Source: Candidatus Ratteibacteria bacterium (GTDB lineage Bacteria > Ratteibacteria > UBA8468 > B48-G9 > JAFGKM01). Taken from it: a DNA stretch of 12,937 bases. Below the pieces are notes generated by a model that saw nothing but the letters and a program-made list of their open reading frames with translations, searched no databases and was not told the DNA's origin. Shown piece by piece: positions 8,639 through 12,937 of the stretch (position 1 is the stretch's first letter; the number at the start of each line of letters is the position of its first letter). The position numbers and the translations under genes are program-made. Location: assembly GCA_046296715.1 (NCBI GenBank), contig JBKBIN010000033.1, positions 1-12,937 on the forward strand, in the 5' to 3' direction.

Positions 8639-9085
8639 ATGAAAATAGAAAATAAAAGTGCCTATCATAATTATGAAATACTTGAAAAGATTGAAGCAGG
8701 GATTGTCCTTAAAGGAAGCGAAGTAAAATCAATAAGAGATGGGAAAATTTCATTTAAAGATGCATATGCGAAAGTGGAAAATGGAGAAGTATTTCTTCAT
8801 AATTTTTACATTGCTCCATATCAATCATCATTTGAAAAAATAAATCCTTTGAGAAAGAAAAAACTATTACTTAATAAAAATGAAATCAGACGAATTGAAA
8901 GAAAAGTATCTGAAAAACACTTGACACTTATACCTCTTTCAGTGTATTTTAATAATAAAGGATTGGCAAAAATTGAACTTGCAGTTGCAAAAGGTAAAAA
9001 GCTCTTTGACAAAAGGAGAGAATTAAAAGAAAGAGAAATAAAAAGAGAGATAGAAAGAAAAATGAAAAATATGGGGGCGAAATAG
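8639..9085 (+). CDS. smpB: SsrA-binding protein SmpB
   Basis: NKSAYHNY, EAGIVLKGSEVKSIR, RKKKLLL, LTLIPLSVY and AKGKKLFDKR. GGAGG at 8628-8632 favours ATG 8639 over ATG 8633. Confidence 0.97.
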   Translation: MKIENKSAYHNYEILEKIEAGIVLKGSEVKSIRDGKISFKDAYAKVENGEVFLHNFYIAPYQSSFEKINPLRKKKLLLNKNEIRRIERKVSEKHLTLIPLSVYFNNKGLAKIELAVAKGKKLFDKRRELKEREIKREIERKMKNMGAK

Positions 9086-9425
9086 GGTTCGACAGGAAGA
9101 AATCTTTGATAATGTTGCCTGCCAAGTTTGTCAGGAACTTGTAAAAACCTGACAAAAAATAACTGCCGCAACAGCAAATACTTTGGCTGCATAAAAGCAG
9201 TCACCCATTTACAGAGTTTGCCTCTGACTCTGTAAAATGGGTCGGCAAAGAGGCATCTTGTTTGAGGTTATCCTTTCTTCCTCAAACAAGATTATCAAAA
9301 AGGATGCGAGTAAAAAGGTCTGTCAGAAGTACCTTTTTACTCAAAGATTAAACTTCTGACTACGCAGGTAGAGACATTATCAAAGATCTTCCTGGACGCG
9401 GGGGCAGTACCCGCCGCCTCCACCA
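9073..9425 (+). ncRNA. ssrA: tmRNA (one-piece, 353 nt)
   Basis: Acceptor stem GGGGGCG (9073-9079)/CGCCTCC (9415-9421) with a G3-U wobble and encoded ACCA. Helix 2 is ATCTTTGATAATGT/ACATTATCAAAGAT. PK1 is CAAG/CTTG plus GTCAGG/CCTGAC, followed by three further pseudoknot-like stems. T-stem GCGGG/CCCGC. Tag ORF ends in LAA-stop, and the gene adjoins smpB. Confidence 0.97.
9165..9194 (+). other. tmRNA tag reading frame, (A)AATANTLAA*
   Basis: After the upstream element AAAAATAACT the frame reads GCC GCA ACA GCA AAT ACT TTG GCT GCA TAA. The stop codon sits in the loop of hairpin GGCTGC/GCAGTC. Confidence 0.85.
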
Positions 9426-9446
9426 ATTAAAAATAAAGGTGAAAAG

Positions 9447-10550
9447 ATGCATAGAGAAAAAAAGTATTTTATATTTTTTTTTATTTTTCTTTTATTATCT
9501 TTAAACTTACATTCGTTTAACTTAGAAGAAGAAGTAAAGATAAAAAAATTGCCTACCTATTTAATAAAAAATGTTCAATATATATCATTAAAGTCCTTTC
9601 TTAAAATTATAAATTCAGATAATTGGGCAAAAATAGAAGATAGAGTTTTTTTATTTACTGATGAGACACAGATAAAATTTAGAATAGATGATACGAGTGT
9701 ACTTGTAGGTGGGAAAAGAATTGAAATTAAAAACCCTCCGAAAGAAGTTGAAGGTGAAGTTTTAATTCCAATTGAAGATTTTTCAAGGATATTTTCTGAT
9801 TTAAAAATTTCAGAAAAAAAGGAAGAAACAAAAAATATAATTGAAGAAAAAAAAGTAGATAAAAAATTTGTTATAGTAATAGATCCTGGACATGGAGGTC
9901 ATGATTCAGGTGCAATTGGAAATTTTGGCCTTAAAGAGAAAGATGTAAATCTTGATGTCTCCTTACGTCTTGAAAGATATCTAAAAAAACAACTTGAAAA
10001 TTACAAAAATATAGAGATTTATTTAACAAGAAAAGAAGATATTTTTATTTCTCTTGAAGAAAGAGTGAATATTGCAAAGACATACAATGCTAATATTTTC
10101 TTTTCTGTTCATACAAATTCCTCAAAATTTAATAGATATGAAGCAACTGGATTTGAAACCTATTTCCCTTATAGTAAAGTAGAAACAGATATTCTGCCTA
10201 AATCTAATAATAATGAGGAACTGTCTAATGAGAAAATTAATGATCCGGTTTTAACTGAAATATTGAATAATTTAAATGAGACAGATGTTATAGAAGAAAG
10301 CAGAATCCTTGCTGAATATGTACAGGAAAAACTTGCAGAACGGCTCATAATACCAGATAGAGGTGCTAAAAGAGGTAATTTCTATGTTTTAAAATATACA
10401 CCTATGATCTCAGTTTTAACCGAAATTGGTTTTATTTGCAATCCAAATATAGAATTTAATCTAAAAGATATTGAAGTAAGACAAGCAATTGCAGAAGCAC
10501 TTGGAAAAGGGATTATTGAATATCTTAAGAAAAGAGAAATAATTAAATGA
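9447..10550 (+). CDS. N-acetylmuramoyl-L-alanine amidase (Amidase_3, AmiC-like), secreted
   Basis: N-terminal hydrophobic signal. Zn/catalytic motifs IDPGHGG, EKDVNL, LTR, SVHTNS and LTEIGF. AAAGGTGA RBS. Confidence 0.93.
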   Translation: MHREKKYFIFFFIFLLLSLNLHSFNLEEEVKIKKLPTYLIKNVQYISLKSFLKIINSDNWAKIEDRVFLFTDETQIKFRIDDTSVLVGGKRIEIKNPPKEVEGEVLIPIEDFSRIFSDLKISEKKEETKNIIEEKKVDKKFVIVIDPGHGGHDSGAIGNFGLKEKDVNLDVSLRLERYLKKQLENYKNIEIYLTRKEDIFISLEERVNIAKTYNANIFFSVHTNSSKFNRYEATGFETYFPYSKVETDILPKSNNNEELSNEKINDPVLTEILNNLNETDVIEESRILAEYVQEKLAERLIIPDRGAKRGNFYVLKYTPMISVLTEIGFICNPNIEFNLKDIEVRQAIAEALGKGIIEYLKKREIIK

Positions 10551-11341
10551 ATAAGAATCCAATAGGTATATTTGATTCAGGCGTTGGTGGTTTAAGTGTT
10601 GTTAGGGAGATTATAAAAGTTTTACCAAATGAAAATATTGTTTATTTTGGAGATACAGCAAGAGTTCCTTATGGAACTAAATCTGAAAGGATAATTAAAA
10701 AATTTGCACTTGAAAATGTTAACTTTCTTTTAAAATTCAATCCTAAACTAATAGTAATTGCCTGTCATACTGCTTCTGCCTATGCTTTTACATATTTGAA
10801 GAAAAAAATAAAAAGAGTTAAATTTATTGATGTTATTGAACCAACAGTAGAAAAGGTTGTAAAATTAACAAAAAGTAAAAAAATTGCTGTTATTGGAACA
10901 ACTGCTACAATTTCAAGTATGAGATATCAAAAACTGTTTTCTAAATATGAGGGATTGACTGTTTATACAAAAGATTGTCCCCTTTTTGTTCCTTTGGTAG
11001 AAGAAGGATGGTTTGAAAATGAGGTAAGTTATAAAATTGCAGAAATTTATTTAAATAAATTCAAAGGGAAAAATATTGATACACTTGTTCTTGGATGTAC
11101 ACATTATCCATACTTGAAGAAAACAATAAAAAAAATTATTGGTGAAAGTGTAAATATAGTTGATTCTTCTTATGAAGTTTCCTTAAAAGTTAAAAAATTT
11201 CTTGAAAAAAATCGTTTAGAAAATAAAAATGGAAAAGGGAAATTGCAACTTTATTTCAGTGATATAAGTCCACATATAAGAAAAACAATTGAAATTCTTT
11301 TTGGGAAAAAAGTAAAATATAAACTAACTAAAAATGTATGA
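10547..11341 (+). CDS. murI: Glutamate racemase
   Basis: IGIFDSGVGGLSV, GDTARVPYG, ACHTAS and LGCTHYP, with both catalytic cysteines present. Confidence 0.96.
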   Translation: MNKNPIGIFDSGVGGLSVVREIIKVLPNENIVYFGDTARVPYGTKSERIIKKFALENVNFLLKFNPKLIVIACHTASAYAFTYLKKKIKRVKFIDVIEPTVEKVVKLTKSKKIAVIGTTATISSMRYQKLFSKYEGLTVYTKDCPLFVPLVEEGWFENEVSYKIAEIYLNKFKGKNIDTLVLGCTHYPYLKKTIKKIIGESVNIVDSSYEVSLKVKKFLEKNRLENKNGKGKLQLYFSDISPHIRKTIEILFGKKVKYKLTKNV

Positions 11342-11702
11342 ATTAAGAGTAAATGGAGAGTTTTCATCTGCTCATAGTTTAAGAAATTATAAAGGAAGAT
11401 GTGAAAATTTACATGGCCATAACTGGAAAGTCGAAATTATTGTATCTGGAGAATCTCTTGACAGTATTGGTCTACTTATAGATTTTAATATCTTAAAAAG
11501 GAAACTTAATATCGTTTTAAAGATGCTTGACCATAAAAACTTAAACTTAATACCATTTTTTAAAGAAAGAAATCCAAGTTCAGAAAATATTGCTTTCTTT
11601 ATATACAAAAAGATGGAAAAACTTCTTAAAGTTTATCCTATTAAAATAGAAAAAGTCACTGTTTGGGAAAATGAAAAACAATCTGCAAGTTACTACGAAT
11701 AA
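11334..11702 (+). CDS. queD: 6-carboxy-5,6,7,8-tetrahydropterin synthase
   Basis: FSSAHSL, CENLHGHNW (CxxxHGH), LDHKNLN, PSSENIA and VWE. Confidence 0.94.
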   Translation: MYELRVNGEFSSAHSLRNYKGRCENLHGHNWKVEIIVSGESLDSIGLLIDFNILKRKLNIVLKMLDHKNLNLIPFFKERNPSSENIAFFIYKKMEKLLKVYPIKIEKVTVWENEKQSASYYE

Positions 11703-12168
11703 AAATTTCTGGATAGTTGAAATATATAAGAAAAAAAATCTGAGAGATGTCTTTGGACAAGATATTAAAAAAAGTATTGAAGAATTAGGTATTTCTAAAA
11801 TTGAAGAAGTAAAAGTTTCTAATCTATATAAAATTGAGTGTAAAGCAGATAAAAAAAAAATAGAAAAGATTGCAAAACAACTTCTTATTGATAATATTTC
11901 TGAAAACTTTAAAATTTACAAAAAAACAAGGGCAAAGAAAAATTATTGGATTGTTGATGTATTTTTAAAAGATGGGGTTACTGATCCTGTTGGTGAAACA
12001 ACAAAAAAAACAATAATAGAGAGTAAGATTTTAAATGATGTTGAAGTGAAAACAGGTAAAAAATATTATATTAAAGGCAAGTTAAATCAATCTCAAATAA
12101 AGAATATATGTGAGAAAATTCTCGCAAATACTTTAATCCATAATTATTTTATTTTAAAAAGGACTTGA
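11671..12168 (+). CDS. purS: FGAM synthase PurS-like subunit with two tandem PurS domains
   Basis: Two similar halves: WIVEIYKKKNLRDVFG...VKVSNLYKIE...QLLIDNISENF and WIVDVFLKDGVTDPVG...VKTGKKYYIK...KILANTLIHNY. Lies directly upstream of purL. Confidence 0.82.
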   Translation: MKNNLQVTTNKNFWIVEIYKKKNLRDVFGQDIKKSIEELGISKIEEVKVSNLYKIECKADKKKIEKIAKQLLIDNISENFKIYKKTRAKKNYWIVDVFLKDGVTDPVGETTKKTIIESKILNDVEVKTGKKYYIKGKLNQSQIKNICEKILANTLIHNYFILKRT

Positions 12169-12171
12169 TAG

Positions 12172-12937
12172 ATGAGTTATATAAGAGAAATTGATATTTT
12201 AAATGCAGATGAAAAGACACTAATTGAAATTTCTGAAAAGAATCTTTTATCACTTGATATAGAAGAAATGAAAAAAATAAAAGAATATTTTCTTTCCCTT
12301 GGAAGAAATCCAACTGATTGTGAACTTGAATGCATTGCTCAAACATGGAGTGAACATTGCTATCACAAAACATTTAAAGCAGATATTCAGTATATTGAAA
12401 AACTTGGCAAAAAGGAAGAAAAATTTAATATCTGTTTACTAAAAGAAGTTATGGAGGTTACAGAAAAATTAAATTATGATTGGTGTATATCAGTTTTCAA
12501 GGATAATGCTGGGATTATAAAAATAAATGAAAAATATGGTGCTGCTTTTAAAGTTGAAACACATAATCATCCTTCGGCTCTTGAACCATATGGAGGAGCA
12601 GGAACAGGTATAGGAGGAGTTATAAGAGATATACTTGGTGTTGGTCTTGGAGCAAAACCAATTTTAAACACAGATATTTTTTGCTTTGGTCCTCTTGATT
12701 TTCCTTATGAAAAATTACCAAAAGGGATCTTGCATCCAAAAAGAATTTTCAGAGGGGTTGTAAGTGGTGTAAGGGATTATGGAAACAGAATGGGTATTCC
12801 AACAGCAAATGGAGCAATAATTTTTGATGATGGATATGTTTATAATTGCTTAGTTTACTGTGGATGCGTTGGTATTATACCTATTGATAAAGTAGAAAAA
12901 AAAGTAAATGATGGTGATTTAATAGTTGTTATTGGTG
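12172..12937 (+). CDS. purL: Phosphoribosylformylglycinamidine synthase subunit PurL (3' part outside window)
   Basis: Not in the ORF track, translated by hand: MSYIREID...GRNPTDCELECIAQTWSEHCYHKTF...DNAGII...KVETHNHPSALEPYGGAGTGIGGVIRD...YGNRMGIPT. AAAAGGA RBS, frame open to the window end. Confidence 0.96.
   Translation, partial: MSYIREIDILNADEKTLIEISEKNLLSLDIEEMKKIKEYFLSLGRNPTDCELECIAQTWSEHCYHKTFKADIQYIEKLGKKEEKFNICLLKEVMEVTEKLNYDWCISVFKDNAGIIKINEKYGAAFKVETHNHPSALEPYGGAGTGIGGVIRDILGVGLGAKPILNTDIFCFGPLDFPYEKLPKGILHPKRIFRGVVSGVRDYGNRMGIPTANGAIIFDDGYVYNCLVYCGCVGIIPIDKVEKKVNDGDLIVVIG

Noticed and set aside
9200..9360. Series of strong inverted repeats resembling terminators, a repeat array or a mobile element
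   Set aside because: They are the PK2-PK4 stems of the tmRNA, with no repeated unit or spacer pattern.
9426..9446. Integrative element or prophage at the ssrA 3' end
   Set aside because: No integrase or duplicated att sequence is visible, and a housekeeping amidase follows after 21 nt.
11300..11340. preQ1 or purine riboswitch ahead of queD/purS/purL
   Set aside because: The genes overlap, leaving no leader, and no aptamer motif was recognised.
11851..11860. A10 tract in purS (and T9 in the amidase signal region) as phase-variation sites
   Set aside because: The frames are intact, the genes are housekeeping, and such runs are expected in very AT-rich DNA.
12166..12171. Programmed readthrough from purS into purL
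   Set aside because: Two consecutive different stop codons and a separate RBS for purL make readthrough unlikely.
889..12373. Short opposite-strand ORFs in the track (889-1131, 1667-1861, 3982-4197, 4185-4412, 5283-5477, 5631-5852, 8057-8290, 8821-9204, 8949-9155, 11387-11608, 12149-12373)
   Set aside because: All lie antisense to well-supported genes and show no recognisable motifs; they are shadow ORFs.

Overview
AT-rich bacterial chromosomal window with two divergent, tightly packed gene runs meeting at about 5509-5569. The gene content (ferredoxin-fused ETF, radical SAM) suggests an anaerobe. The minus-strand run is hxlB-like SIS isomerase, a 564-aa hypothetical carbohydrate-deacetylase-like protein, a PHP metallohydrolase broken by an in-frame TAA, a Gfo/Idh/MocA oxidoreductase, etfB, and a 2x[4Fe-4S]-ferredoxin-fused etfA cut by the window edge. 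The plus-strand run is radical SAM/SPASM-like protein, UbiB/ABC1 kinase, smpB, ssrA (tmRNA), Amidase_3, murI, queD, tandem double-PurS, and purL cut by the window edge. The most notable observation is that the smpB stop codon lies inside the mature tmRNA (13-nt overlap). RNase P maturation of a co-transcript would therefore make smpB a non-stop mRNA, suggesting a possible self-tagging feedback loop. This one-piece tmRNA also carries the GGCAGUA T-loop regarded as a signature of two-piece alphaproteobacterial tmRNAs, and an atypical tag, (A)AATANTLAA. No mobile element or CRISPR array was seen. All calls are from motif recognition by eye, without database searches.
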